Shown here in pieces: positions 1-10,015 of a stretch of DNA of 64,000 nt (positions within the stretch are counted from its first letter, which is position 1; the number at the start of each line of letters is the position of its first letter). Location of the stretch: IMG/VR virus record IMGVR_UViG_3300044712_002668, positions 62,001 through 126,000 of that record; one strand, written 5' to 3'. The position numbers and the translations under genes were made by a program. Below the pieces are notes generated by a model. The model was not told the DNA's origin and made no database searches. It was given only the letters and a program-made list of their open reading frames with translations.

Positions 1-2
1 TA

Positions 3-506
3 TATAGTCGTTCAATTGCTATTTATTGTTACTATATATTAGAAGCATCTCTACCTGCAGCAGGAACGTATACATGTAGGTTCAAATCAAACGCAGGTTA
101 TGCTGGTGGCGTGGCTGTTTACAGCATGTCCAATGTAGCCCAATCTGCTCCTAATACATTGGCCACTGCTGGTAACTCTCGTAACCCAGACCTTACAGGT
201 CGTTATACTTTAGCTGATGGTACCAAAACATTTGGATGGACGCCTGGAGGTAGCTATTCACACTATGAACAGGTTGCTACATATATAAGTGAAGTTAGCG
301 GAGGTGATGGGGATATATTATACCTTGATTCTACAGCTACCGAAATCAATAGTACCAATACACCTGATACACAAACACCAGCACAAACAGATACATATGG
401 CACAATTAATATGACAGGTAGTACCTATCAATGGGGATCTCGTATTCTAGTAGCTGGAACTGGTGCGGTTGTTGATAACGCAGCAATAATGGGAGCTACT
501 TTCTAA
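3..506 (+). CDS. Partial (5'-truncated) Thr/Gly/Ser-rich protein, probably virion-associated
   Basis: Frame of ORF 111..506 is open back to the window edge; beta-rich T/G/S composition. Confidence 0.45.
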   Translation, partial: YSRSIAIYCYYILEASLPAAGTYTCRFKSNAGYAGGVAVYSMSNVAQSAPNTLATAGNSRNPDLTGRYTLADGTKTFGWTPGGSYSHYEQVATYISEVSGGDGDILYLDSTATEINSTNTPDTQTPAQTDTYGTINMTGSTYQWGSRILVAGTGAVVDNAAIMGATF

Positions 507-524
507 TAGTTTTGCATATGGTTG

Positions 525-1919
525 ATGAACATCTTTAGAGCCATATGTTTTTATGTGTTTTTCCTTGCCATAAATGGTCTATTTATATTCTTTGATTTCG
601 TTGTTAAACAAAGAAAAACAGGTTCATTACGTGAGCGTCTGCAATATTTATTAGAATCTTCTTTAAAACATGAATTCTTTAAAGAAAGAATTGGTAGTTT
701 TCTTGAAAAGAATAAAGATGTAAATGATGAAGAGTTTTTTAAGAACTGGAAAGAGTTACCAATCTTAACAAAACCAGATTATGTTTATATAAATATTGAA
801 GGTAAATATCCTAAAATATCAAATAACTTCTTTGTGGCTTTGTATCAACTTTGGAGTGGAAGGTTTACATATCAACTTGCCACTGGTGGTTCTTCAAAGC
901 TTCCCTTGACTGTAAGCATGGATAAACAACATGCATTTAAAATGGCTTTTTCATTTTTCCTTTGTTGGTATAAAATGGGATGGCGACCTGGCCAAAAAAT
1001 TCTTATATATTATCCTGATAAAATATATGATCTTGAAGTTTTCAAACATTATAGGGTTTTATTTGACTGGATTGGTGTAAGGTTCCATACGTTTTCAAAA
1101 ATAGATGTTGAAGATTTTATTAAACAACTAAACTCATATCAACCAAGTATATTGATAATTTTTCCATCTCCTTTAAATATACTTTCAAATAAAATTCATA
1201 AAAAGAATCTTGCTAGTTTTTGGCAGCCTAAATTTATCAATGTAAGTGGAGAGACATTATTCAAATGTCAAAGAGATAACATTCAGCGTATATTTTATAA
1301 ATCAAAACTAGATGATTCTTATGGTTCTGTAGAATTGGGAGAGATTGCTCATGAAAAATACCCAGGATTATTGGAAGTTTTTGATCATCATGTGTTTGTA
1401 GAGACCATTGATGCTGAAGATGGTAAAAAAGAAATGATTGCTACCGTCTTTGGAAACGGATACTTCCCATTCATTAGATATAAAATGGGCGATTTAATGA
1501 ATATTATTGAAAAAGATGGAAAGCAATATCTTTGCAATATTGATGGAAAAGCTAGTAACAAAATGAAACTTGGAAAAGAGATAATTTATCCTAGAGATCT
1601 TGATAAGTGTATTACAGAGATAAATAAAGTATTGAATCCAAAATATCCTGTTATTATAGATGCTCGCCTCATAAAAGATGAACACACTATAACCTTATCA
1701 ATTATTTTAAGTGGGAAAATACACAAACTATTATTAAATGTTGTAGAACATAAGGCACAGCAGGTGTTTAAAGAAAGGTTTGGAACCCGTCCTAATATAG
1801 ATTTTGTAGAAATTTTCAAGCATGATTATAGATTGAAGTACAGGGCATTGGTAGATAAAAAAGATGAGCACGAATGGGCGGGTGGGATTATAGGACAAGA
1901 GGATAAAATGAGGCTATAA
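525..1919 (+). CDS. Phenylacetate-CoA ligase / CapK-like adenylate-forming enzyme
   Basis: LPILTK, ATGGSS (degenerate TSGS/T loop), SGETL, YGSVELG and PFIRYKMGD motifs typical of the PaaK/CapK family; hydrophobic N-terminus. Confidence 0.75.
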   Translation: MNIFRAICFYVFFLAINGLFIFFDFVVKQRKTGSLRERLQYLLESSLKHEFFKERIGSFLEKNKDVNDEEFFKNWKELPILTKPDYVYINIEGKYPKISNNFFVALYQLWSGRFTYQLATGGSSKLPLTVSMDKQHAFKMAFSFFLCWYKMGWRPGQKILIYYPDKIYDLEVFKHYRVLFDWIGVRFHTFSKIDVEDFIKQLNSYQPSILIIFPSPLNILSNKIHKKNLASFWQPKFINVSGETLFKCQRDNIQRIFYKSKLDDSYGSVELGEIAHEKYPGLLEVFDHHVFVETIDAEDGKKEMIATVFGNGYFPFIRYKMGDLMNIIEKDGKQYLCNIDGKASNKMKLGKEIIYPRDLDKCITEINKVLNPKYPVIIDARLIKDEHTITLSIILSGKIHKLLLNVVEHKAQQVFKERFGTRPNIDFVEIFKHDYRLKYRALVDKKDEHEWAGGIIGQEDKMRL

Positions 1920-1944
1920 TCAGGTATTATAGCGGAGGAATAAT

Positions 1945-2259
1945 ATGGGTATTACACCGTCAAAATCAAAAAATACATATAATCTTTTTCAGAGGGTTAC
2001 AATAAATAGTAGTAGTTTTTCAGCAACATCAGATATAACAGTTCCTTTCAAATCATCAAATTCTAATTGGAAGTTTCAATTTGAAGGAAGCGGTACTATT
2101 GAATATTCTTTTGACGGAGTCAATGTTCATGGGGATATGGATTCTACTCAAGCTTCAAAATCTTTGGATTTTTTGAATAGACACGTTTCTGCTGTTTGGT
2201 TTAGATTGAAAAGTGCTTCTGGTGGAGTGGTTGTTAGAGTTGAAGCATGGGCAGTCTAG
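1945..2259 (+). CDS. Small beta-sandwich hypothetical protein (possible virion protein)
   Basis: GGAGG RBS; 104 aa with an all-beta pattern. Confidence 0.45.
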   Translation: MGITPSKSKNTYNLFQRVTINSSSFSATSDITVPFKSSNSNWKFQFEGSGTIEYSFDGVNVHGDMDSTQASKSLDFLNRHVSAVWFRLKSASGGVVVRVEAWAV

Positions 2260-2310
2260 GTATAAAAAAGCATATATTCAGCTTACTTAACTTTCTTATT
2301 CGTTATATAC

Positions 2311-3408
2311 ATGAGCATGGCTTTGTTATTTCTTGACGCTAATGCTCATGTTGCTTTAAACCCTGCTGGATTGAAAGCTTTTAATGATTTTTCAAATTCC
2401 ACATTTGCAAGCCACGGCAATGCCATGGCTGCAAATTATTTGGGACGTGAAGCGGCTAAAGAATTAGAAAAAGCCCGCACAAAAATTGCCGAATTGATTG
2501 GTGCCAAAAGTCACAATCAAATAATATTCACATCTACTTGCACTCAAGCATGTGAATGGGGTTTGGATATCTTAAAAACACGTAATTATAAAAATGTTTT
2601 TGTTTCTCAACTTGAACATCCAGCAATAAGATATCATTTCCGTGATTTGTTTGGACAATCAGAATTGCATGTTACCAAAGATGGTGTTGCAATATGTGAA
2701 CAACCATATCCTGATAGTACTGCGGTTGTTTGTTTGCATGTGCAAAATGAAATAGGTACTATACAACCAATAGAAAATATAAAAGCAGATGTAGTTAGTG
2801 ATATGAGCCAAAGCTTGGCCAAACTTCCAATAAACATGTCTAAACTGTCCAATGTTAAATTGGCTATGTTTGCTGCTCATAAATTTGGCGGCCCTTCTAG
2901 TTTAGGTTTCATGTATATTCAAGATACTGATTGGTGGAAAGAATTTGGCAGCGGTAGTAGATATTATTTTGATAGAGCTGGAAGCCCAGATGTTGTTTCA
3001 GCAATTATGACCGCTGCATCTTTAGAACATGCAATGAAAACCATGCCAGAACGTTATGATCGCATGGTTCGTTTCAGAAACACTCTTGAACCAGAACTAG
3101 AAAATTTAGGATTTAAAATAATAGGAAAGAATACTACAAGATTACCTAATACAACATTTATACAATTAAAAAAGCGTATGGGTCCATATGTTATGTCACA
3201 ACTTGAATCTGAAAACATATATGTTGGATTAGGTTCTGCTTGTGGCTCAATGAATACAGGTTCCAGTCCTGTAATGAATGCATTAGGCTATGGCGGTACA
3301 GCCCATGATTTTCTCCGTATATCTCAATTTGGAGAATATGCTGAAAAAGAAGCTAAAACAGTGGCTGCAGCGATAGCCAAGTACTGTCCAAAATCAGATA
3401 TTCCTTGA
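2311..3408 (+). CDS. iscS: Cysteine desulfurase (IscS/NifS-like, PLP-dependent class V)
   Basis: FLDANA, EHPAI, NEIGTIQP, AHKFGGP (PLP lysine), GSAC (catalytic Cys). Confidence 0.88.
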   Translation: MSMALLFLDANAHVALNPAGLKAFNDFSNSTFASHGNAMAANYLGREAAKELEKARTKIAELIGAKSHNQIIFTSTCTQACEWGLDILKTRNYKNVFVSQLEHPAIRYHFRDLFGQSELHVTKDGVAICEQPYPDSTAVVCLHVQNEIGTIQPIENIKADVVSDMSQSLAKLPINMSKLSNVKLAMFAAHKFGGPSSLGFMYIQDTDWWKEFGSGSRYYFDRAGSPDVVSAIMTAASLEHAMKTMPERYDRMVRFRNTLEPELENLGFKIIGKNTTRLPNTTFIQLKKRMGPYVMSQLESENIYVGLGSACGSMNTGSSPVMNALGYGGTAHDFLRISQFGEYAEKEAKTVAAAIAKYCPKSDIP

Positions 3409-3421
3409 TATATAATCTTTT

Positions 3422-3727
3422 ATGCTTGAAAAGATTTCATGTGAAATTTGTGGAGAGAACAATAAGGCGGTTCTTCATAAACATCATATAGTTGAACGTA
3501 CTAATCCTGATACAACCAATCATGATTATAACCTTGCTGTAATATGTTCAAATTGCCACAATTTAATTCATGACAAGCAGATAAATATTATAGGTTTGTT
3601 TCCATCAACCAAACCTCCATATGGAAGGATTTTGGTTTATGAAAGAGATGGAATATCAAATGTACCAGGATTGACAGAAACTTATTATAAAGCCAAAGCA
3701 CCATCAATGAGGATTTATGAAAAATGA
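3422..3727 (+). CDS. HNH endonuclease
   Basis: CEIC...HKHHI...NLAVICSNCHNLIH zinc/HNH motif. Confidence 0.85.
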   Translation: MLEKISCEICGENNKAVLHKHHIVERTNPDTTNHDYNLAVICSNCHNLIHDKQINIIGLFPSTKPPYGRILVYERDGISNVPGLTETYYKAKAPSMRIYEK

Positions 3728-4004
3728 TAAAGATAAAGAAACAATACAAGAAATTCTTAAAAAAGCTCGTGCTCAAGGGGTAGAGGAAAAAGTAAAGAAG
3801 ATAATTTCAAAATATGAAGACTCTATCAAGTCAGCCAAAGATGAAAACGAGCGTCATCATATTGCTGTTTTAGGATTGGTTGAATTGCATAAAACTATTG
3901 GATGCGTTGGCCCTCTTATCGTTGATGGTGTTGAGATTCTTCCCGCTGATCCTTCATATCAAGAAGCAATAAATCTTAATAAACGCTTGGTTAATTTGGA
4001 TTGA
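3717..4004 (+). CDS. Hypothetical protein
   Basis: ORF overlapping the previous stop, with GAGG RBS. Confidence 0.6.
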   Translation: MKNDKDKETIQEILKKARAQGVEEKVKKIISKYEDSIKSAKDENERHHIAVLGLVELHKTIGCVGPLIVDGVEILPADPSYQEAINLNKRLVNLD

Positions 4005-4040
4005 ACCTTGCATAATCAGTCATTAACAAGAGGAAAGATT

Positions 4041-4295
4041 ATGAAAGGTGAAAAGTATATTGGTAAGGTTTGTTGGTTTGATTCTAAACTTGGATATGGA
4101 TTTTTATCTCGTCAAGGTGAAAAGGATTTATTCATTCATTGGTCAGATATTCAAAGTGAAGGTTTCAAAACCTTAAAGAAAGGTCAAGAGGTTGCTTACT
4201 CTATTGGTTTGAACAACCGAAAACAACCAAAAGCTATTGAGGTTGTCGTACTCAATTCAGAAGAAGACGGTTCAGATGTTGAAAAAGAAGACTGA
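4041..4295 (+). CDS. Cold-shock domain protein
   Basis: GKVCWFDSKLGYGFL (RNP1), DLFIHWSDI (RNP2), GFKTL; ATG 4041 follows a GAGGA RBS. Confidence 0.92.
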   Translation: MKGEKYIGKVCWFDSKLGYGFLSRQGEKDLFIHWSDIQSEGFKTLKKGQEVAYSIGLNNRKQPKAIEVVVLNSEEDGSDVEKED

Positions 4296-4719
4296 ACGAG
4301 AACTTTGGATTACCAACATATCAAGAAAACATGACGTATCTTTGTCAGATTTATGTTTGACTATAAGACGTGGTCAAAGTATAAATCTTCTTGATAGGAG
4401 AAATAGGTATACCGAAGAACAAATTAAAAACTCAATTGAAAGCGGGTCTATTTTCAAAAAAAATTCCCTGATAAAAATCAGGGAAGTTGCTCCTGTAATA
4501 TTTAATTATCGTCTTGATATTTCAAATGACAGATCTAGCTTGAATACAATTCACCATAAACTGGAAATTGAAAATCCAAAATATGAAGAGTTGGATTTTG
4601 ATACTATGACTAGAGAGTCTGATGAAAAGTATGCCCAAGAGAATGCTGAGATGGATTTATTGGATACAAAACCCACTTTGTTTATAGATCCTAAATTTAA
4701 GAAATTGGAAGAGGAATAA
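4276..4719 (+). CDS. Hypothetical protein
   Basis: ORF 4237..4719; first ATG at 4276. Confidence 0.55.
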   Translation: MLKKKTERELWITNISRKHDVSLSDLCLTIRRGQSINLLDRRNRYTEEQIKNSIESGSIFKKNSLIKIREVAPVIFNYRLDISNDRSSLNTIHHKLEIENPKYEELDFDTMTRESDEKYAQENAEMDLLDTKPTLFIDPKFKKLEEE

Positions 4720-4733
4720 ACCAGCATTTAAAC

Positions 4734-5096
4734 ATGGGAACTACATATATTTTTGCAAATCCAGGTCAAGTTGTACGTTTGGCTGTTCAAACTGTTGATG
4801 GGTATGGTAACCGTGCAGATGGGTATGTTCCGGTAGTTCAAAGCGTTTTGTTCCCAGACCTGTCTCCAGCTTCTAGCTATCCTTTAAATATGACAAGGAT
4901 TGATACCGGGTTTTTCGTTCATGGTGTTCAAATCCCTTCCGGCTCAACTTCTGTAGGAACTTACCTCATAAGTATTTATTATCAAACTGATTATACTTAT
5001 CCTGATGGCTATCAGGATGGCACACACCCTGTCTGGGAAACCTTTGCCATCCAAGTAGCTAAACCATTTGGTAATACCAGCGTTTCCCCTATTTGA
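4734..5096 (+). CDS. Small Ig-like putative virion protein with 3 DGY motifs
   Basis: Beta-strand pattern resembling the N-terminal domain of 6370..7269; VDGYGNRADGY and PDGY. Confidence 0.55.
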   Translation: MGTTYIFANPGQVVRLAVQTVDGYGNRADGYVPVVQSVLFPDLSPASSYPLNMTRIDTGFFVHGVQIPSGSTSVGTYLISIYYQTDYTYPDGYQDGTHPVWETFAIQVAKPFGNTSVSPI

Positions 5097-6315
5097 GTAT
5101 TGTAAGATACTCTGAAGAACGCGTTGTGGCGGTATATAACCAGCGTCTGTAGGTGTCATCATTTACAGGGGCTGGTTTTTCATTGTATAATATGACGTTG
5201 TCAGCTTGTGAGCCTTGCATCTTATGCACGGTAAGCGCATAACCATAATCAAACAATAATCCAACCTCGCTCCAATGCATTACATACATTCCAAAGGGCT
5301 CCAACTCCGAAAATGCTTTGAAAGTCTTTGGAAACCCAAACTGATGCTTGCAAATGCGTTTTGATTTTGTCTCAAAATCCTCAAATGGAAATCTTACCTT
5401 GAAATCATAATAATGATTCTCTACCTCCATAGCGGATTCTAATAAAAATCCACGATAACCATTGTATATTGGGGTTTTTCTATTCGAAGAGTTTCTTAAA
5501 CAGATTACAACATCATTTGTTACCGGATGTTTACTCTCATGCCCAAATATCATTTTCCGTATAACGGAATTCAATCTATTACGGGTACTGTTGGTGTAAC
5601 AAAGAACGGCATTGTTTAATACATCTTCAGGTTTTATGTTTTTCTTGAATGTCCTAGACAAAACATTGGAACATTCACTCCGTCCTAATATTTTCACATA
5701 CTTAGAGCTTTCGATATTAGGAATTTTTCCAGTTTCTCTAATTCTCATAGAGAGATTTATGATTGGATTTGATTCTGCTTGGCGGTGGATTTTTTCTAGT
5801 TTGATATCTGGAGATCCCATCAAATTGAAATTACCATCTATAGGTGGTAACTGTCCATGATCACCAATAGCCAGAATAGGTTTACCATAAGAAGCTAAAT
5901 CATTGAAGATATCCTGAGAAACCATAGAAGCCTCATCGATAACGATGATATCGGTTTCAAGCATATCTTTTTTCATCCAATGGATAACTTCACCATCTTC
6001 ATTTTCTATTGGGGAATATATTAGGCGATGAATAGTTCCACAATAATGTTTATCTACTGATACGCCTGATTCTGAAAGTTTTTGCCTTATTACAGATGAG
6101 GCTTTTCCAGATAAGGCACAAAAAGCAAATCTTATTGCTGTTTCAAATGATTTTGCAATAATAGATATTACAGTGGTTTTACCTGAGCCAGCGTAACCGG
6201 CAAAAGTCAGTAAATCTGAACTTTTCTGAGAAGAAACTACTTTCTTTCCTGTAGCCAACCATTCTGCAATCAAGTCAAATGCTTCTTGTTGATCTTTAGA
6301 TAGAGTAATATTCAT
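5089..6315 (-). CDS. dda: SF1B helicase, Dda/RecD2-like
   Basis: Walker A GYAGSGKT, DEASMV, GDHGQLPP, HRQA, YALTVHKMQGS, YTATTR. Confidence 0.9.
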   Translation of the reverse strand: MNITLSKDQQEAFDLIAEWLATGKKVVSSQKSSDLLTFAGYAGSGKTTVISIIAKSFETAIRFAFCALSGKASSVIRQKLSESGVSVDKHYCGTIHRLIYSPIENEDGEVIHWMKKDMLETDIIVIDEASMVSQDIFNDLASYGKPILAIGDHGQLPPIDGNFNLMGSPDIKLEKIHRQAESNPIINLSMRIRETGKIPNIESSKYVKILGRSECSNVLSRTFKKNIKPEDVLNNAVLCYTNSTRNRLNSVIRKMIFGHESKHPVTNDVVICLRNSSNRKTPIYNGYRGFLLESAMEVENHYYDFKVRFPFEDFETKSKRICKHQFGFPKTFKAFSELEPFGMYVMHWSEVGLLFDYGYALTVHKMQGSQADNVILYNEKPAPVNDDTYRRWLYTATTRSSEYLTILK

Positions 6316-6369
6316 ATTTAGGGTAATACCCTATCGAGTATTACCAGACCTCTCGACACTGAAGTAAAA

Positions 6370-7269
6370 TCAATACAGTTGTCTCTGTCTGAGAGTTCTC
6401 AAGCGCCTGAATTGTGGGCTTGCCCCAGCTACGAAAGACAATACTCCAAGACCTAACGGACTAGGACGCATATTTACCTTTATTAGTTTTACTTTTTCCC
6501 ACAAGTTATCAAATTCTTTCTGGTATTGGTTCATAAGCATATCAGAAATTGTAGGTGGAGTAAAACTGATACCATTATCCTGTATCTGGAATTCTCTACC
6601 TCTTTCGATCAATGCTTGAGCACCAATAGAGTACACAAAAGCAGCTTGAACGAATACGTCATGAAACTGTTCAATGATTGGTGTATCTTCAAAAGTAAAA
6701 TATGTAAATGTTGGAGTTTCGTTGAATAAAGATAAACCTCTTGCTATAAAGGTTACCAACTCATCTACTGTAAAAATATCACAATCTTTATAGATCTTGT
6801 TTCCATATTCATCTGTAGTTGGGCGTTTACCTTGACTCTTCAATCTTGCTCTTAATGATTTCAAGATATTGTTTATATTACAGATAGCTATTTGTGTATA
6901 ATTAAATCCTGGGTCATCTCCGAGATGTTTGTAGCCATCAGTGTTCAAAGCTGGAACTTGTGTAGTGCCAACTTCAAAATTGAACTCACCAATTACTTGA
7001 AAACCTTCTAGAGTACCTTGCCATACATCTTTCCAGACACCTAGAGCTGGAAATAAACCAACGCTATAAAGAAATTGATACTCACCAACACCAATTTTCA
7101 TTACACCCTGGGACGTGGGGCCAATAGCTACACCTCCACTAGGTTGAATAACAGACACTAATGGAAAGGAATCCAAGTCAGCAGGATTACCATCCGAATC
7201 ACGAAATTTGGCTCTCAGGGCAACAGTATCCCCTGGTTGTATCATAGCAGATCTGGGGTTGGTACTCAT
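6370..7269 (-). CDS. Putative head-tail connector/neck protein (Ig-like N-terminus plus helical C-terminus)
   Basis: Likely start MSTNPRS at 7269; Ig-like N-domain; helical C-domain ending in basic RRLRTLRQRQLY; structural context. Confidence 0.45.
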   Translation of the reverse strand: MSTNPRSAMIQPGDTVALRAKFRDSDGNPADLDSFPLVSVIQPSGGVAIGPTSQGVMKIGVGEYQFLYSVGLFPALGVWKDVWQGTLEGFQVIGEFNFEVGTTQVPALNTDGYKHLGDDPGFNYTQIAICNINNILKSLRARLKSQGKRPTTDEYGNKIYKDCDIFTVDELVTFIARGLSLFNETPTFTYFTFEDTPIIEQFHDVFVQAAFVYSIGAQALIERGREFQIQDNGISFTPPTISDMLMNQYQKEFDNLWEKVKLIKVNMRPSPLGLGVLSFVAGASPQFRRLRTLRQRQLY

Positions 7270-7319
7270 ACTTATATACAAAGATATTCGCCATCGGGGC
7301 ATAAATTGGCTTCTTAAAG

Positions 7320-8639
7320 ATGGAAAAGAATCTTATTAAAATTGAAGAGCTTGTGGCTAGTTTTACAAAATCTGCTGGGTTTTGGGATTTTTTGAAAAGA
7401 CAACCAGCAGCTCCATTGGCTGCAGCAGAGACTGCTTTAAGAGAATCTGCTGTTTCAGGTGGTGCCGCTGAAAGAGTAGCTGCTGAACAAGCTCAAAGAG
7501 CTTTGTTTGAATCTCAGCAACAAAAATTAATTAATGAGATTAATGCTAATAGAACCAAACTAAATGCCGGTAACTTAGCAGATGCTGAATTAAAAACGCT
7601 TCGGGAAACTATTGATAAACAAATTCAAGAACAAACCGGTTTAAAAGGCAAACTAGAGGCGCTTGAAGCTGCAGAAAAAGCTGCATCGATAGAGCCTCAT
7701 GCTGTTACCGATCCTGCTGCTGCATCAGGAGCTGCTAAACCACAATCTCCATCAACAATTATAGATGAAACTGTAAAAAAGTTTTATAAAGAAAACCCAG
7801 GCGCAACTATAAGAGATTTTCCACAAGAATTAATGAATGCGTTGGTTGAAAAAACTGGTTTAACACCAGAACAAATTGGATCTAAATTAACAAATTCTTT
7901 ATCATCAGTAAAAATGACAGAAGGGCGTACAGCTTCTGCTTTGTGGTGGGCCCAAACATGGGCAGAACTTCGTCCTGGCGTTATTCTATCTGGTATGACC
8001 CCTCCTCAAAAAATGGCATGGGTTGTAGGTTCTGGAATAGCTTTATATCTTTGGCATTTATTCGGTTCTTCCCCATCAGCCTCATCTACTCCCGGAAAAA
8101 ATACTATTGGTCAAATTACATCCCAACGCTCTGCTGGATTGGGTCAATCTACAAGAAAAAATCTTTCTTTATTGAAAGATATTCAAAATACACCAGCCCC
8201 CACCCCATTGGGTTCAAGCAGATTCAATACGGGAGCTGTTGGCACTCCGGCTCCAACACCTGGATTAGTACAGGATAGTAGCCAATCCTTATTGAAGGGG
8301 TTGATGAAGAGACAGAGTAGATTCGATGCTTTGACAAAATTTGCTGAAAACGTTTCTTTAAACGCTGGGGTTGATCAAGTTTTGGCCGCATTAACTCAAC
8401 TTGAGAATATCAAATCATTTGATATGGAGGACCCAACTCAAGTATTCAGTGCTGTGGAAAAAATCCGTGCGCTTGAAGCATCATGTAATGCATTGTTGCC
8501 TCAAATATTACAAGTTCATACTGATGATCCTGTAGAGCAGGAAAAATTGAGAACTGGTAGCAAAACTCTCACAGAGTTGCTTGGAACTATTGCAAATTTA
8601 AGACAAACAACTGAGCAAGCCAAATCAAAGGTAGCGTAA
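7320..8639 (+). CDS. Hypothetical helical/coiled-coil protein with one hydrophobic segment (possible internal virion/ejection protein)
   Basis: Ala/Gln/Glu-rich helices; TM-like MAWVVGSGIALYLW. Confidence 0.45.
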   Translation: MEKNLIKIEELVASFTKSAGFWDFLKRQPAAPLAAAETALRESAVSGGAAERVAAEQAQRALFESQQQKLINEINANRTKLNAGNLADAELKTLRETIDKQIQEQTGLKGKLEALEAAEKAASIEPHAVTDPAAASGAAKPQSPSTIIDETVKKFYKENPGATIRDFPQELMNALVEKTGLTPEQIGSKLTNSLSSVKMTEGRTASALWWAQTWAELRPGVILSGMTPPQKMAWVVGSGIALYLWHLFGSSPSASSTPGKNTIGQITSQRSAGLGQSTRKNLSLLKDIQNTPAPTPLGSSRFNTGAVGTPAPTPGLVQDSSQSLLKGLMKRQSRFDALTKFAENVSLNAGVDQVLAALTQLENIKSFDMEDPTQVFSAVEKIRALEASCNALLPQILQVHTDDPVEQEKLRTGSKTLTELLGTIANLRQTTEQAKSKVA

Positions 8640-9454
8640 TGAAAAAAATTGATAAAATTGTAAAGTCAGTTGATCAATATAATGACTCTATTAAAAAAGT
8701 AGCATGGATACATATACCCGCAGCATTGGCTGCAGTTGGAATAACTGGAGCTGGTATTGCTGGAGTTGGTTGGTCTACTATTGCTACAGTTGGTGTTACG
8801 GTTCTTACTTTTGCTGGAATAGCTTCAAACCAATATCTCAGTTCTGCAAAAGAAAACCTTAAAACAATTCATGATGATATAAAGAAAGCAGTTGATACTG
8901 TTGAACTTCAAAAAACAGAAGAGGGAGCTGCAATATCAAAATCAGATGAAAGAATTTTAAATAATTTTCTTGAAAAGACAAAAGTTTTAAATACTAAAAT
9001 TGATAAATTATTACAAGAAGCAGATAAACCAATCCCAACAGGTAAAACAACTTCCAAAGAGGAGAGTGTTGAAAGAGAAAAACTATTAAGGGCTAGAGCC
9101 ATCTTATTTCAAGATTTTATTTCAACATATTATTCTTATAGTGAAGCAAGACAATCCATTTTAACATTACTTGAAACAAAACAAGGTATTTTATCAGGTA
9201 TTGGTTCTTTTTTCCAAATGATTGGAGGCACCATGGGTGCTGCAGGAAACAGATGGAATTATTTCTTCAGAGTCACAAATGCTTTTGGGGTTCCACTAAG
9301 CTCTTTTGTGGATGGTTTGAAAATTCAAAACAATGCTATTCTTGAAGCTTTGAAAAGTCTTCAAGAACAAAAACAAGATTTACCAGAACATGCATTGAAA
9401 GCTCCGGATCCTTCAAAATCCAAAGAAGAACAAATTGCAGGTATAAAGATATGA
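8639..9454 (+). CDS. Hypothetical protein with a Gly/Ala-rich hydrophobic hairpin (possible ejection protein)
   Basis: WIHIPAALAAVGITGAGIAGVGWSTIATVGVTVLTFAGIA; translationally coupled to the previous gene. Confidence 0.45.
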   Translation: MKKIDKIVKSVDQYNDSIKKVAWIHIPAALAAVGITGAGIAGVGWSTIATVGVTVLTFAGIASNQYLSSAKENLKTIHDDIKKAVDTVELQKTEEGAAISKSDERILNNFLEKTKVLNTKIDKLLQEADKPIPTGKTTSKEESVEREKLLRARAILFQDFISTYYSYSEARQSILTLLETKQGILSGIGSFFQMIGGTMGAAGNRWNYFFRVTNAFGVPLSSFVDGLKIQNNAILEALKSLQEQKQDLPEHALKAPDPSKSKEEQIAGIKI

Positions 9455-9990
9455 ACGAGCAAGAGATAGTTTTATCAGATATCGATCATGAGAAATATTT
9501 TCCCATGATTGAACAATTAAAGGATGAGATTCGAAATGATCCTGTAATAAAAAAAGTATTCAAGGATTATGATATTGATTTCTCTGAATTTGATATGATT
9601 CCTATTTGTGTTGCTCAACTGCCTGTTTCTGCAAGAACTGACCATGCTGTAATCTATCTTAATGAGGGGCTTCTTAAAGAAGAAGATTTTTTAAAAAATG
9701 CACATTATCTTGTTCATGAAATGACTCATTGGTGTCAACAAACTACAGGAAATAAACCTACTCCTGGTAGTGATGCCGATGATTATCTTTATAACCCAGC
9801 AGAAGTTGAAAGTTTTCAAAATCAAACGCAATATATCTCTCACAGTATAGGAGATGAAGCTGCTGAAGAGTATATAAATCAGGTTCTTGATAAACATGAA
9901 GTTACCGATAAAAAAGAAAGAAAAGATAGAACTGAAAAATTACTTAATTTGGCAGGGCAATTAGGGATTGTTGTAAACAAGAACGGATAA
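9451..9990 (+). CDS. Zincin-like metallopeptidase domain protein
   Basis: LVHEMTHWCQ (HExxH) with downstream NPAEVES. Confidence 0.7.
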   Translation: MNEQEIVLSDIDHEKYFPMIEQLKDEIRNDPVIKKVFKDYDIDFSEFDMIPICVAQLPVSARTDHAVIYLNEGLLKEEDFLKNAHYLVHEMTHWCQQTTGNKPTPGSDADDYLYNPAEVESFQNQTQYISHSIGDEAAEEYINQVLDKHEVTDKKERKDRTEKLLNLAGQLGIVVNKNG

Positions 9991-10015
9991 TTTGGCATCT
10001 TCTTGAGGTGCTGAC

